Below are positions 9,820-19,883 of a stretch of DNA of 64,000 nt, piece by piece; within the stretch, counting starts at the first letter, position 1; every line of letters begins with the position of its first letter. A model generated the notes under the pieces. The model had not been told where the DNA came from and did no database searches. It worked only from the letters and a program-made list of their open reading frames with translations. The translations under genes and the position numbers were made by a program. This DNA comes from an uncultured Gammaproteobacteria bacterium (GTDB taxonomy: Bacteria; Pseudomonadota; Gammaproteobacteria; Arenicellales; JAANXG01): assembly GCA_947258975.1 (NCBI GenBank), contig CAMYKK010000001.1, positions 86,451 through 150,450 on the forward strand, read 5' to 3'.

Positions 9820-10100
9820 GAAATAGCTCGGTGGCATTGCGTGTCAGGCGGCTGACAACTACCCTCGCGCGTTTGCGCATCGTTGGCGAAGCAGTCTCAC
9901 TGCAACATAGCGCTACTGATTGTCGGGGTCATATGGTGCGGTTGATATGAGGGTGATCCGTGTCGCCGCCGTCCATGGCGTGGCGATCCGCTGATCGCGT
10001 ATAAATGGGGGACGTAATCGTGCCGGCAGGTGCGGCGGACGAACTGATGTGGAGAGGGTTGTGCTAATTTGGCGGAGTGGCGTGAGCGGATGCGGATTCG

Positions 10101-10886
10101 ATGCACAAAGATCGTAGTGTTTTAGCATGGCTCAGATGGCCGCTGCGTGCTGTGGCGCTGGTTGTGATACTGCTGCTTGGCCCGTTGGGAGTGCTCGCCT
10201 TTGGCGATTTGGATCTCGAGACGCACTGGAGCGCAGCCAGCCGCGCCAGCAGTGATCAGGCCCCGAATCCCCGCGATGAGCCCGCGGCGCTGATCCAGGT
10301 GTACGGGGCGCGTGCCTATAGTTGGCGGGGTGCATTTGGCATTCATACCTGGATCGCCACCAAGCGCCGTGCCGCCGCGCAGTACACGGTGTATCAAGCG
10401 ATTGGATGGAATTTGTACCGCGGTCGTTCAGTGGTGACCGTGAGCCGCGGCGGGCCGCCCGATCTGCTGTGGTTCAACGCCGAACCCGAGATATTATTGG
10501 AGCGCCGCGGACCCGCCGCGGAGGCGCTTATCGGCCGCATCGAGGCGGCGGTGGCGGCTTACCCCTATGTGCGCCAATACCGCGTGTGGCCGGGGCCCAA
10601 TAGCAACACCTTCACCGCATTTGTCGCGCGGCAGGTTCCCGAATTGGGGCTAGACCTGCCGCCCACCGCGATCGGCAAGGATTACTTGATTGACGGTCAG
10701 CTTATTGGCCGCATGCCCAGCGGTACGGGGTGGCAGGTTTCACTGCATGGTTTATTGGGTATCGGCCTCGGTTGGGAGGAGGGCATCGAGTTCAACATCC
10801 TCGGCCTGTCCGCCGGTATCGACCTCAAGGACCTCGCGTTACGCCTTCCCGGCATCGGGCGGTTCAGCGTGTTTCCCCGTGGCTAA
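10101..10886 (+). CDS. Membrane-anchored protein, DUF3750-like (family recalled from memory)
   Basis: 261 aa with an N-terminal TM helix (LRAVALVVILLLGPLGVLAF). The segment VYGARAYSWRGAFGIHTWIATKR resembles what I recall of DUF3750. Confidence 0.5.
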   Translation: MHKDRSVLAWLRWPLRAVALVVILLLGPLGVLAFGDLDLETHWSAASRASSDQAPNPRDEPAALIQVYGARAYSWRGAFGIHTWIATKRRAAAQYTVYQAIGWNLYRGRSVVTVSRGGPPDLLWFNAEPEILLERRGPAAEALIGRIEAAVAAYPYVRQYRVWPGPNSNTFTAFVARQVPELGLDLPPTAIGKDYLIDGQLIGRMPSGTGWQVSLHGLLGIGLGWEEGIEFNILGLSAGIDLKDLALRLPGIGRFSVFPRG

Positions 10887-10924
10887 CCCGTGCAGTGCGC
10901 AAGCATTCCGGGGGCAACATCGGG

Positions 10925-13141
10925 TTAGCGGAACTGGGTGCCCAACAATAGATAGACACTGTCTTGGCCTCCCTCCGCCACACCGTATCCGGCGTAGAAG
11001 GGACCTAAAATGGTATCCAAACCAAAAAAGACACTGGCCGCGGTCAGCGTTGCGTCGAACTCGATGTCATCTTTGTTTTCGAACACGTTGCCCTGCTGCA
11101 GGGTCCCGCCCCAATATGCCGGGATTGACGCCACGCGGCCGAAGGCCCGCATATACCCGGCGCGCAACAGGACGACATTCTCGCCGTTGAGTGAGTCGTC
11201 GACGAAACCCGGCAGGTCGAACAGCCCACCGAGACGAAACCGGCTTTGAATGGGCGCCTCGCCGTTGTAGGTCGTAAAATACCGGGCTCCCCACAGCAAG
11301 GTATTTTTCCCCCATGATCCGGTGCCGTACATATCCAGCGTCGCCTGGTCGAAGTCCGTATCCGCACCCAGCGAGGTGGACGAGCGACGTATGCCCAGTG
11401 TTCCCAGCACACCGGAGCGAGGAAAGTTGGCGTTATCGAGGGTGTCAAAACGCAGGCGCGCAAACCATTCACCGCTGTCGACGTCTCCTTGTGGAACAGT
11501 CTCGACGCCGATGCGTAGGTCCACGTCCCCGGCGGATCTGGAGACACCGGCCTCGAACTGTCCCCAGGTGCCGAAATCCCGGCCCACCGCCAGGCTGCCA
11601 CCGGCATCGCGAACCCGATTCTGGGCGATGATCTGGCCCTCCTCAAAGGTGTTGAACAGGCGCCGGGTGAAGAACAGGCGTGGCCGGACGAAGTACGGGG
11701 ACCCCACGCCCACGGGTTGGTAGAGGTCGGCCACGAACGTGGGTTCATCGCCCAATTCGGCGATGAACTGCAACTCGCCGTTGAGGCGATTGATGGGCAC
11801 GCGCAGCACGCCGAAACGCAGCGCGAGGCGGTTCTGGTCGGCAGCATCGCTGGAAAATTGCAGACCAAATTGCAGGTAGTTGGGCCCCCACGGTCTTTCT
11901 TGCACGGATATTACAACGCCGGTGCGGCCGTCATCTTTGACCGCGCTGTAACTCACGTTATCGAACACGTCCAGTCCGTAAATCGCGGCCAGATCCTCCT
12001 CGAGCTGTGGTGTATCCAGGGGCTCACCGATCTCCACCCGCAATAGGGAGCGAATGACCTCATCGGCGACGCTGGAATCATTATTGAGGCGTACGAAGTC
12101 GATGATTGGCAACCCGCGTTCACGCGTTTCACGCGCCGCCATGTGATGTGCAAACGCCGTTTCGCTCACAGCCAGCCGTTGCAGCGCCGCTTGGTTGACG
12201 CGTGCCGCTGTGACTCCCATCTCTACGCCCTCTGCCGCCTTGGTGAAATCGCCGGTGGTGATAGACCCGAGATCGGGCACGAGCAGGACATCGTTATCGG
12301 ACAGTGTGGCCAGTTGCGCCTCGGTGTTACCGCGGGTCATGATTCCAGTGAGTTGCAGCACGATGGAAAATACGCTTGCGAGTGCCTCTTTGGGGGCCAA
12401 CGGCGTACTGATATCCACCACGATGGACACGTCGGCGCCCATCTGCCGAACTACATCGACCGGTAGATTATTCGTCACGCCGCCGTCTACCAGCAAGCGC
12501 CCGTCAATCTCCATCGGCGCAAAGAAACCGGGGATCGACATACTGGCGCGAATCGCCGCCGCGAGATCACCCGAAGCGAGTACCGCGGGCTCACCGGTGG
12601 CGATGTCGCTGGCCACCGCACGAAATGGGATGCTCAATTGATCGAAATCGGTGACGCCGGATACCGGCAACGTCAGGTCCTTGAGTTTTAGGTACATCTT
12701 GCGACCTTGGATGAGCCCCCTTCCCAGCTGCAATTTACCGTCTTTGAAACCGACGTTTTTATTGATGAGAAAGAACGCGTCGTCAAATTTACGGTTGGTG
12801 GACAACTTCTCGCGTGGGGCCCGATCGCTGAAGATGTCGTCCCAATCGATCTCGACCAATGCCTTCTCGATCTCGTCCGTGGACATTCCCGACGCGTACA
12901 AACCGCCGATGATGGCGCCCATGCTGGTGCCCGCAATGTAGTCGACGGGTACCCGGAGCCGTTCGAGTTCCTTGAGAATACCGATATGCGCTGCGCCGCG
13001 GGCACCGCCGCCACTCAAGACGAGCCCGATCTTGGGATGTGATCGCTCGCCGGAGAGTCGTTTAGCCGATGGTGCCTGCGCGGCAAGCGCGGTGGTTACC
13101 AGGCTTAATAGGCAGATTATTGCAGTAATCGTCGTCTTCAT
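10925..13141 (-). CDS. Patatin-like phospholipase fused to Omp85/BamA-type beta-barrel (PlpD-like, type Vd autotransporter)
   Basis: Signal peptide MKTTITAIICLLSLVTTALAAQA. Patatin motifs: GLVLSGGGARGAAHIG (oxyanion hole), GTSMG (GxSxG), VDGGV (catalytic Asp). There is a POTRA-like middle region and a C-terminal Gly/aromatic-rich barrel. Confidence 0.85.
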   Translation of the reverse strand: MKTTITAIICLLSLVTTALAAQAPSAKRLSGERSHPKIGLVLSGGGARGAAHIGILKELERLRVPVDYIAGTSMGAIIGGLYASGMSTDEIEKALVEIDWDDIFSDRAPREKLSTNRKFDDAFFLINKNVGFKDGKLQLGRGLIQGRKMYLKLKDLTLPVSGVTDFDQLSIPFRAVASDIATGEPAVLASGDLAAAIRASMSIPGFFAPMEIDGRLLVDGGVTNNLPVDVVRQMGADVSIVVDISTPLAPKEALASVFSIVLQLTGIMTRGNTEAQLATLSDNDVLLVPDLGSITTGDFTKAAEGVEMGVTAARVNQAALQRLAVSETAFAHHMAARETRERGLPIIDFVRLNNDSSVADEVIRSLLRVEIGEPLDTPQLEEDLAAIYGLDVFDNVSYSAVKDDGRTGVVISVQERPWGPNYLQFGLQFSSDAADQNRLALRFGVLRVPINRLNGELQFIAELGDEPTFVADLYQPVGVGSPYFVRPRLFFTRRLFNTFEEGQIIAQNRVRDAGGSLAVGRDFGTWGQFEAGVSRSAGDVDLRIGVETVPQGDVDSGEWFARLRFDTLDNANFPRSGVLGTLGIRRSSTSLGADTDFDQATLDMYGTGSWGKNTLLWGARYFTTYNGEAPIQSRFRLGGLFDLPGFVDDSLNGENVVLLRAGYMRAFGRVASIPAYWGGTLQQGNVFENKDDIEFDATLTAASVFFGLDTILGPFYAGYGVAEGGQDSVYLLLGTQFR

Positions 13142-13525
13142 TTCTTGGGTCCTGGCATTTGCCGAACGCCCACAAGGTCATCGACTATCGTCTGTATCGG
13201 GTAGCGTGCAATCTGTCTGCGCGCGTGCGCAAATCCGCTTGCATCACGGCGGGTGCTACGACGGTTGCAGCGCCAAAGTGTTATCACTACAGTCGACAGA
13301 ATTACTATTTCAATCAACGTCATAGCTCCATATTTTACTGCCTTGGTGCAATATCCGGGTTAGTTGCAACACGCGCTATCCCACCTCCATGCCGGCGGTC
13401 GCCGCCCAGATTGCCGGTTTCGAGACGGATCGGGAGGATAATCTATTTCTAGATACGGTGCGTTCGTCGCGCTAGACAATGTGCCGCCATGGCCTAGCAG
13501 AACAACCGGAATACCCCGATTGTCT

Positions 13526-14224
13526 TCAGTCGAAATCCGGGTTTGTCCAACCCGGCTTGGCAAGCAGCTTTTCCGGTGGGCGCAACCGTGACACGTAATC
13601 CATGACCGCCTTGAGGTCGCGGTTGGTGAATCGTTCGAGCTGCCCGATCTTGACCTGGTTGGCGTTACGGCGCTTACCGTCACGGATCCATCTGAACTGA
13701 CGGAGCAAATAATGGTAGTGTTGTCCATGAATGCGGGGATAGTACTTGTCGCGGTCACCTTCGCCTTGTAAACCGTGGCACTCGACGCAGTTTTCTTTAT
13801 ATATCTTCTGCCCGTGTTCCAAATCATCGCCGGTCCCGACCCCCGGTGTCGGGTTCATCGGCAGCTTGGCGATGTAAGCGGTGACATCGGCAATTGCCTG
13901 CGCGCCGCCCAGCGCGCTGGGTATTGCGAACGGATACATGGTCGGGTTGTCGCGATTGCGTGCGCGGATGTCCGCGAGTTGTTTGATCAATACGTTTCGA
14001 TGCTGGCCGGCGATCACCGGCAAACTGCCGTCGGCTTCGCCCCAACCCTCTGCGGCGTGGCATACTGCGCAAAGCTCGTACAACTCTCTGCCCCTGTTGA
14101 GATCCGGCGTTAAGTTCTTGGCGCCTGTTTGATCGTCGACGCTTTCAAGCCCCGCATCGGTGAGCGTAGTCATACCAAGCGTGACGCAAATCACCAGGGC
14201 CCGCATCATTCGTCTTGTATTCAT
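13526..14224 (-). CDS. Dihaem c-type cytochrome (cytochrome c4-like)
   Basis: Signal peptide MRALVICVTLGMTTLTDAG and two CxxCH motifs (CAVCHA, CVECHG), each in a ~100-aa class-I cytochrome c module. Confidence 0.8.
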   Translation of the reverse strand: MNTRRMMRALVICVTLGMTTLTDAGLESVDDQTGAKNLTPDLNRGRELYELCAVCHAAEGWGEADGSLPVIAGQHRNVLIKQLADIRARNRDNPTMYPFAIPSALGGAQAIADVTAYIAKLPMNPTPGVGTGDDLEHGQKIYKENCVECHGLQGEGDRDKYYPRIHGQHYHYLLRQFRWIRDGKRRNANQVKIGQLERFTNRDLKAVMDYVSRLRPPEKLLAKPGWTNPDFD

Positions 14225-14328
14225 ATTAATCTATGCGCTGATGCCGATGCTTGTCGGGTCTGTCCTCCGATAACGGATTATTCCCATGTTGCCGGCAAAG
14301 TACCGAACAAACTGATCGCCGGTGTACA

Positions 14329-14973
14329 TTAGCGGCCTTTGTTCTTTATCCACTCGGTCTGCAAACGCCGCGACTCGGCAAGTTGCATCGAGGTCATTTC
14401 CTGTTCAATCAGTTCCCGCGCTTGTGTCCCCTCCGCGAGTCGCTGGTCTGCCGCGAGGCTCAACCACATATGTGCCCGGATATGATCCTGAGGGACGCCT
14501 GCCTGGCCATGCGCATAGCTCATACCTAGCCGGTACTGTGCATCGGCGTAGCCGCGCTCCGCTGCCTTGCGAAACCAGTTGGCAGATACCTTATGGTCCT
14601 GTTCGAGCCCGAATCCATTCGCGTAATACTCGCCAAGTTTGTATTGCGCCTTGGCAACGTCCTGTTCGGCCGCACGGCGATACCACTCGGCTGACTGTGT
14701 GCGATCCTGAGGCATGCCCCTACCCAACTCGTATAACCGGCCGAGCCGGTATTGGGCGAAGGCAATACCCTGACTAGCGGCGCTGCGGTACCACTTCGCC
14801 GCTTCGGCATAATCCTGCGCGACGTCCTCGCCCGTGTCGTACATAAACGCCAACGCGAATTGCGCCCGAGCGTCGCCACTTTCGGCCAACGTCTTCAGCG
14901 GCCGAAGATCGCCGCATTCAGCGATCAGCGAATGGCTGATTAGAGCGATCACGATAATCGTGTTGATCTTCAT
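14329..14973 (-). CDS. Sel1-repeat (SLR/TPR-like) secreted protein
   Basis: Signal peptide, then tandem ~36-aa repeats of the form AQ(F/Y)xLGxxYxxGxGVxQDxxxAxxWYRKAAEQG (e.g. AKWYRSAASQGIAFAQYRLGRLYELGRG). Confidence 0.85.
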   Translation of the reverse strand: MKINTIIVIALISHSLIAECGDLRPLKTLAESGDARAQFALAFMYDTGEDVAQDYAEAAKWYRSAASQGIAFAQYRLGRLYELGRGMPQDRTQSAEWYRRAAEQDVAKAQYKLGEYYANGFGLEQDHKVSANWFRKAAERGYADAQYRLGMSYAHGQAGVPQDHIRAHMWLSLAADQRLAEGTQARELIEQEMTSMQLAESRRLQTEWIKNKGR

Positions 14974-15395
14974 CTAACTCGGATGTTGCACCGAGGATAC
15001 CGGTCGTTGATGCACGGGTCGGGCGGCGGGGGGCCGCACTCGTCCGATGGAAAACTGGGGTCGTTGGCGGCGATTCCGGCTCCTGCATTGCCATCGAGCG
15101 ATGCGCAAGTGCAGGCGCCCGAGACCGCACCAACACTGGACTGCCAATTACACCGGCGCCAGGCGTCACGCTGGACATTGATCGGATTTCTTATTCTCAA
15201 CAACATGGCCTTTGCTCTTTGCCGCCATGGTGCAGTATACGTGCGAAGTCAACACTGCAGCTAAAGGTGCCCCATGGCCTTGGAGAGCGATTTTTTGGAT
15301 CAATCGCTTGATCCATTGTCTTTCAGTACGTGCCTATTTCGCGTTGATCCAGATCAATGGAATCCGCTGCCGGGATACTGTCCACGGACTCCAAC

Positions 15396-15762
15396 TCACA
15401 CATCCCCTATTCGTTTCCCGGTTGCCGCATCAAACAAATGCAGCCCCCGCTCGGCAATGCGTAATGCCAGCTGCTCACCTTCGGTGATCCGTGGGTTGCC
15501 CGGCGGTCTTATCGCGACATTGTCTTTCATGTTGTCCGGTGTCTGCTTGGTGCGGCCATTGCCTACCACGAAACCATCACCAGGCTGTTGAACAGCATGC
15601 GCATCACCGGCACATTGACCCCGGAAAACAGCGCATCTTTATAGTTGTCGATGAGATGCAGGCCGGGCAGCAACGGCAGCGGTGGATGCACGATCTCCTC
15701 CTGGGTCACAGTGGAGGCGACCAGCTGGCAATAGAAGGGTATGGTTGCCTGGAGTTTACGTC
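15396..15762 (-). pseudogene. Remnant of a sugar ABC transporter: permease N-terminal fragment joined to a MalK/UgpC-type ATPase C-terminal fragment
   Basis: My own minus-strand translation gives two fragments. 15762..15563 reads ..TIPFYCQLVASTVTQEEIVHPPLPLLPGLHLIDNYKDALFSGVNVPVMRMLFNSLVMVSW*, the N-terminal pattern of a carbohydrate permease. 15530..15396 reads MKDNVAIRPPGNPRITEGEQLALRIAERGLHLFDAATGKRIGDV*, typical of a MalK-type C-terminal regulatory domain. Neither is long enough to be functional. Confidence 0.45.
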
Positions 15763-15940
15763 AGTCCGTGAGGGACATCTGGAACTTGCAATATCATACT
15801 GGAACACGCTCGAACAAATTGGGCTATGGAAGCAAAACACGGAGCATCAAGCAGCCCAGGAACGAGGAAAGTCAAAATGGTACCAGTCGTATCAGGTGCA
15901 AGTAGTTGAGATCGTGAGTGAGTATTGCGAGGGCGCCTAA
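15755..15940 (+). pseudogene. C-terminal fragment of an ABM (antibiotic-biosynthesis-monooxygenase-like) domain gene
   Basis: The tail of track ORF 15491..15940 reads FTSVREGHLELAISYWNTLEQIGLWKQNTEHQAAQERGKSKWYQSYQVQVVEIVSEY, which matches the second half of ABM domains. The upstream part of the ORF is Cys/His-rich junk that is antisense to the permease remnant. Confidence 0.4.
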
Positions 15941-16520
15941 TCCGTTACGGCAAGATGCGTCGTTCGGAAAACCTGGACGCCTGGGAGCATGGACGCAAAC
16001 AAATAGAAATCCTCTCGGGAACGGTAGAGATCGGTGCTTCACCGGATCGACCTTGTGTGCCTTGCGGGATCGCTGCCGTATAACGGTTGAAATTATTCAC
16101 GCTCGTAGTGAACAGCGCTGCAAAACGGCCTTGCGGTTAGCAAACCAGATATCAAGTAGTTGACAATGCAAAGCCATAATTTGCGGTGGGCCTTGACGAT
16201 GTAAACAAAACAACACAAGGAGATGTACATTTATTCAACTTTTCGGATTGTGATCAGAGTCACGGAGGATTCGTCTGGCTTTTTGTTAGCATCATTGTGG
16301 CAGCGGTGGCTGTGTGGGGGTCGCCCTTTGGTTGATGTGCGGCGAAGTAGAAGGCGCTAGCAGTGAATGAATGAGCGGATTGGGATTCATAGCTATCTAA
16401 ACTGAAGAATCGTCGAAGTGGGTCGATTGTCCCGCCGCCGCAGTAGATTACTCCTAAGTCCGACCGACTGCCGGGTTCACTATACGATTTTGGGCAAACG
16501 CATTTCAGGGGGATAAACAT

Positions 16521-16927
16521 CATGAGCAAGCACGGTCAGTTGATGGCCGCGATCGCGTGCGGCGTGGTTCTTTGGTAGCCCGGCGCAGGCCGATCGCGGG
16601 GCAGGCGCCAATGTGCGCGATGAAGCGTCGGCGGCGGAGTCAGCGACAGTTACGAATCCAGATGTTGCCGGCGGTTTGGTTTTTGCCGCTAAGCTATTCT
16701 CGAGTGAAGTTATTGCCGCCCGGGATGGTCGCGGCAACTCGCACACGTCAGGCAATGATGTGGATAGCCTTATGATTGCCAAAGACGACAAATCCAATGA
16801 GGACGATCAATCCAGATTGGATGACGATAGATCCGACGTATTCGAGGCGCTTGAGGAACCTGAAGGGCCGCCCTTCAAGCCCAAAAACCCAAAAAACCCA
16901 AAAAGCCAAAGAAGTCGTAAACTATAG
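16521..16927 (+). pseudogene. Small secreted acidic protein gene interrupted by a +1 frameshift (or homopolymer sequencing error)
   Basis: ATG at 16521 with a purine-rich RBS gives MSKHGQLMAAIACGVVLW*. Removing one T from the cttt run near 16571 joins it to track ORF 16613..16927. The joined product is MSKHGQLMAAIACGVVLFGSPAQA|DRGAGAN.., a textbook Sec signal peptide with an AxA cleavage site. Confidence 0.3.
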
Positions 16928-17123
16928 TTCGAAGCTGACCGGATTTCTTGGGGTCTGCCCCCTCCCGCTCGCTCGTAATAGAGAAGATTACGCAAAACTT
17001 GAATGATCAAAACTTGTCAGCCCGTATATTGCACCAAGGCAGCCCGCCGCTATTTGTGCCAAGCGACCTAAGATTGCGCGCTACCTGGTTGGAAGCCGGT
17101 GCGCGCGGGCAAAATGCAGTGCC

Positions 17124-17585
17124 TCAACAGCAGCGGCGTGCTCGCTGCTTGTTGGTGACCGTGCCCGGCGGGGGATCGCCGAGTTGCGCGGCCAATTCCG
17201 CCATCCCATTGGCACGGCCCAAGGTTGTTATCAACCGTGGCGAATCGATCGGCAGGCTATGGTAGTCGTAGCACCGCTTGATTATGAGCCCGGCGACGCG
17301 CGGCGAGTTGAGGCAATCGCGGTGAAGCACCTGCACCCACTTAATGCATTTTTCAGTTGTGATGATGTCTTCGATCCACGGTGGAATGCACCCACCACTG
17401 CAGTTGTCTAGAATTGCCAGACCCACATGAAACTGATAGCGCTCCAGTGTGACGCGTGCCTTTTCGAAAGAGTTCGCGATGTGCACATCCCAACGGGCTG
17501 CGACAATCGACTGTGTGAGCCGGATGTCAACGGGACCATGTACCAAGATTAAGAGTTTACGCATTTTGTGCCGTTCAACGTTCAA
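17124..17585 (-). CDS. VpsR-like receiver-type N-terminal domain only (truncated sigma-54 activator?)
   Basis: 153 aa. KLLILVHGP..., and CYDYHSLPIDSPRLITTLGRANGMAEL resembles the N-terminal domain of VpsR-type enhancer-binding proteins. The ORF stops right after it, and I could find no AAA+ or HTH coding sequence in the 200 nt downstream. Confidence 0.5.
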   Translation of the reverse strand: MNVERHKMRKLLILVHGPVDIRLTQSIVAARWDVHIANSFEKARVTLERYQFHVGLAILDNCSGGCIPPWIEDIITTEKCIKWVQVLHRDCLNSPRVAGLIIKRCYDYHSLPIDSPRLITTLGRANGMAELAAQLGDPPPGTVTNKQRARRCC

Positions 17586-18079
17586 TATCTTCGCTTACCA
17601 CAGACCCCGTAAATGACGCGCGACGCAGATCATTCCTGTTTTCGGATCGCCAACCGCCGGGATCGCTTCCTGCGTGCCCGGGACGCCAGCATGTTTGCAT
17701 TTTCGTATACCGATATCCTGTCATATCTTACCTGTTCAGGCGGCCCCGCAATTGTAACTTTCTGTGATATTCAGCTTTCCACGAAACCCGAAATTGCCGG
17801 ATGCCGGACTCTAGACACGTGTGCTCCGACGGGTACGCGGCATGACGTCGCGGTGCGGCAAACGGGAGTCGCGGCTAGTTCAGCCGGGCTTGCAGAAAAG
17901 CGGAACCGCTTGGAAAAGCGCATTGGAATTAAGCACGATTGTGTGTCAGGAGGAGCAGCCACCTGCGCACTTACACGTGATGTTGCGATCGTGCGCACGA
18001 AGCGGTCCCTTTGACGGATTGTCCAGCTATGGCATGATGTCGCTTGACAGGTCCCAACAATTGGGCGCAAGGTGAACTT

Positions 18080-18763
18080 GTGCAACTGACTGACACCCTT
18101 CGTCGGATCCCCATCTTTTCCTCGCTGACGGAAGCGGACCTCGTGGATCTAGCGGACCATCTCCAGAGAGTCGAATACGAAAAAGGCAGTACGATCATCT
18201 CCGTGGATGACCCAGGCACCAAGTTTTTCGTGGTGGTGACAGGGAAAGTCAAGGTGGTTTTATACAGCGCTGATGGACGCGAGGTGATCTTTTCGTTGAT
18301 GAAAGATGGTGACTTCTTCGGCGAGATGAGCCTGTTGGACGGTAAGCCGCGAAGCGCTACAGTCATCGCGCAGGAAGGCGTGTCTTTGCTGACACTGGAG
18401 CGCGACGACTTCATCAAATGGTTGGAAGGTCATTCATCTGCCTTTATGATGCTGGTGTCTGAGCTGAGCTGCCGCCTGAGGGATGCTGATGAACAAATTG
18501 GATCCCTTGCGCTGCTTGATGTGTATGGCCGCGTTGCCCGCAGATTGCTGGACTTGGCGCGCAAAGAAGGCAAGCGGGTCCCCGGGGGGGTTCTCATCGC
18601 GGAGCGCCCCTCGCAGGTTGAACTCGCGGGCCTGGTCGGCGCATCGAGGGAAACCGTCGCGCGCGCGATGAGCGAGATCCAGCGCCGAGGTTTTATCCGC
18701 AAACGCGGACACGGTTTGCTTATACTGGGCGGTGAAGATCTCGAAGCGGAAGTGTTGAACTGA
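18080..18763 (+). CDS. Crp/Fnr-family transcriptional regulator
   Basis: cNMP-binding fold (IPIFSSLTEADL.., FFGEMSLLDGKPRSATVIA) and a C-terminal HTH (ASRETVARAMSEIQRRGFI). The start is set at the GTG at 18080, downstream of an AAGGTG-like RBS. The track ORF begins at a TTG at 18044. Confidence 0.85.
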   Translation: MQLTDTLRRIPIFSSLTEADLVDLADHLQRVEYEKGSTIISVDDPGTKFFVVVTGKVKVVLYSADGREVIFSLMKDGDFFGEMSLLDGKPRSATVIAQEGVSLLTLERDDFIKWLEGHSSAFMMLVSELSCRLRDADEQIGSLALLDVYGRVARRLLDLARKEGKRVPGGVLIAERPSQVELAGLVGASRETVARAMSEIQRRGFIRKRGHGLLILGGEDLEAEVLN

Positions 18764-18845
18764 GCACCGCCGCCCGTCATCCACGCAGATCGGACGCGGG
18801 TCAGCACGTCCACAGATCCCGGTGAGGTCGACAGATAAGCTTTTT

Positions 18846-19883
18846 CTAGAGCGTTTTGTCGACCGAACCGAATGCGCTTCTGATCGCATGCCAGGAGAAC
18901 TTCGGAACTCCGAAGCGTATGACACCGAGCATAAATCCCGCCCCCCAACTGAGATGAATCAGTGCAAATATCACAGGAAGTAGCGGCAAGTATCGCCAGC
19001 CGCGTAGAGCGCCGGCACGCAGCGATGCGATCGTTGCCGCAAGCATATAAATGGCCGGCATGATGGCGCCGGCAACCGGCGAAAGGGGCAAGACACAAAC
19101 AGAACCCAGCAGGGAGAATATAAAAACCGGCGGTACAAGCTGACGCCACCGTAATGCCTCCGGGTGAAGCATCAGGGTACGGACCTTCCACTGCCCGTAG
19201 CGCAGGTATTGGATATGTAACGCGAATAAGGTACCGCGCACGAAGTATTGGCAGCGCAGCTGAGGTGACAACAGGATGTGGCCACCCCTTTGGCGCAACC
19301 GATAATTGAATTCGTAGTCGGAATTGATGGTGCATTTTTCGTCAAATCCGCCCAGTTCTTGGAGGGTAGTTTTCCGCCAGGCACCGCCGAAAACGGTATC
19401 GACCCAGCAGGGTTGTTCCGCATAACGATAGCGCGCATCGCCGACGGCGAAAGGTGTGCATGCGGCCACCGCAATTGCACCTCCGACATAACCGTCGCCG
19501 GCGGCTTCCAGGACGCCGCCAACACAAGCGGCGCCACTGCTGCGTAGAAGCTCCACCGAGCGCCGTATGTAGCCGGCGTTGTAAACCGCGTGGGCGCTAA
19601 GCCACACAACAATGTCGCCGGAACTCGCTTGTATGCCGAGGTTCATCGCTACCGGGGTGACGCCCTTACGGTTATCGATGATGCCTATTTGTGAAAATCG
19701 ACGCGCGTAACGTTCCGCTATCTGGCGCGAACCATCGTTACTCATGCCGTCGATCACTACAATCTGCAGATTTTCGAGGGGATACTCGCCATGCAGCACA
19801 GATTCCAGACATGCTTCGATATATTTCGCTTCGTTCCACATCGGAATCAAGACCGAAACCTTCGGTAGATTATGGGCTGACAT
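18846..19883 (-). CDS. Family 2 glycosyltransferase with C-terminal TM helices
   Basis: PKVSVLIPMWNEAKYIEACLESV..QIVVIDGMSNDGS is a GT-A N-terminus. The C-terminal third is hydrophobic. It overlaps the upstream gene by 14 nt. Confidence 0.85.
   Translation of the reverse strand: MSAHNLPKVSVLIPMWNEAKYIEACLESVLHGEYPLENLQIVVIDGMSNDGSRQIAERYARRFSQIGIIDNRKGVTPVAMNLGIQASSGDIVVWLSAHAVYNAGYIRRSVELLRSSGAACVGGVLEAAGDGYVGGAIAVAACTPFAVGDARYRYAEQPCWVDTVFGGAWRKTTLQELGGFDEKCTINSDYEFNYRLRQRGGHILLSPQLRCQYFVRGTLFALHIQYLRYGQWKVRTLMLHPEALRWRQLVPPVFIFSLLGSVCVLPLSPVAGAIMPAIYMLAATIASLRAGALRGWRYLPLLPVIFALIHLSWGAGFMLGVIRFGVPKFSWHAIRSAFGSVDKTL

Noticed and set aside
11044-11868. 274-aa minus-strand ORF inside the patatin gene
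   Set aside because: It is an alternative frame of the well-supported PlpD-like CDS. It is Cys/Arg/Ser/Trp-rich and not protein-like.
16260-16529. 89-aa minus-strand ORF in the decay zone
   Set aside because: It has no motif, odd composition and no RBS, and it lies among gene remnants.
16855-16915. aaaaaccc-type micro-repeat (ccaaaaacccaaaaaacccaaaaagccaaa)
   Set aside because: It is a short low-complexity run encoding the PKNPKNPK tail. It is too short and irregular to call a tandem repeat locus or CRISPR.
18430-19335. 301-aa ORF on the minus strand spanning the Crp 3' end and the GT2 gene
   Set aside because: It is out of frame with the GT2 gene and antisense to Crp. It has an Arg/Cys/Pro-rich junk composition.
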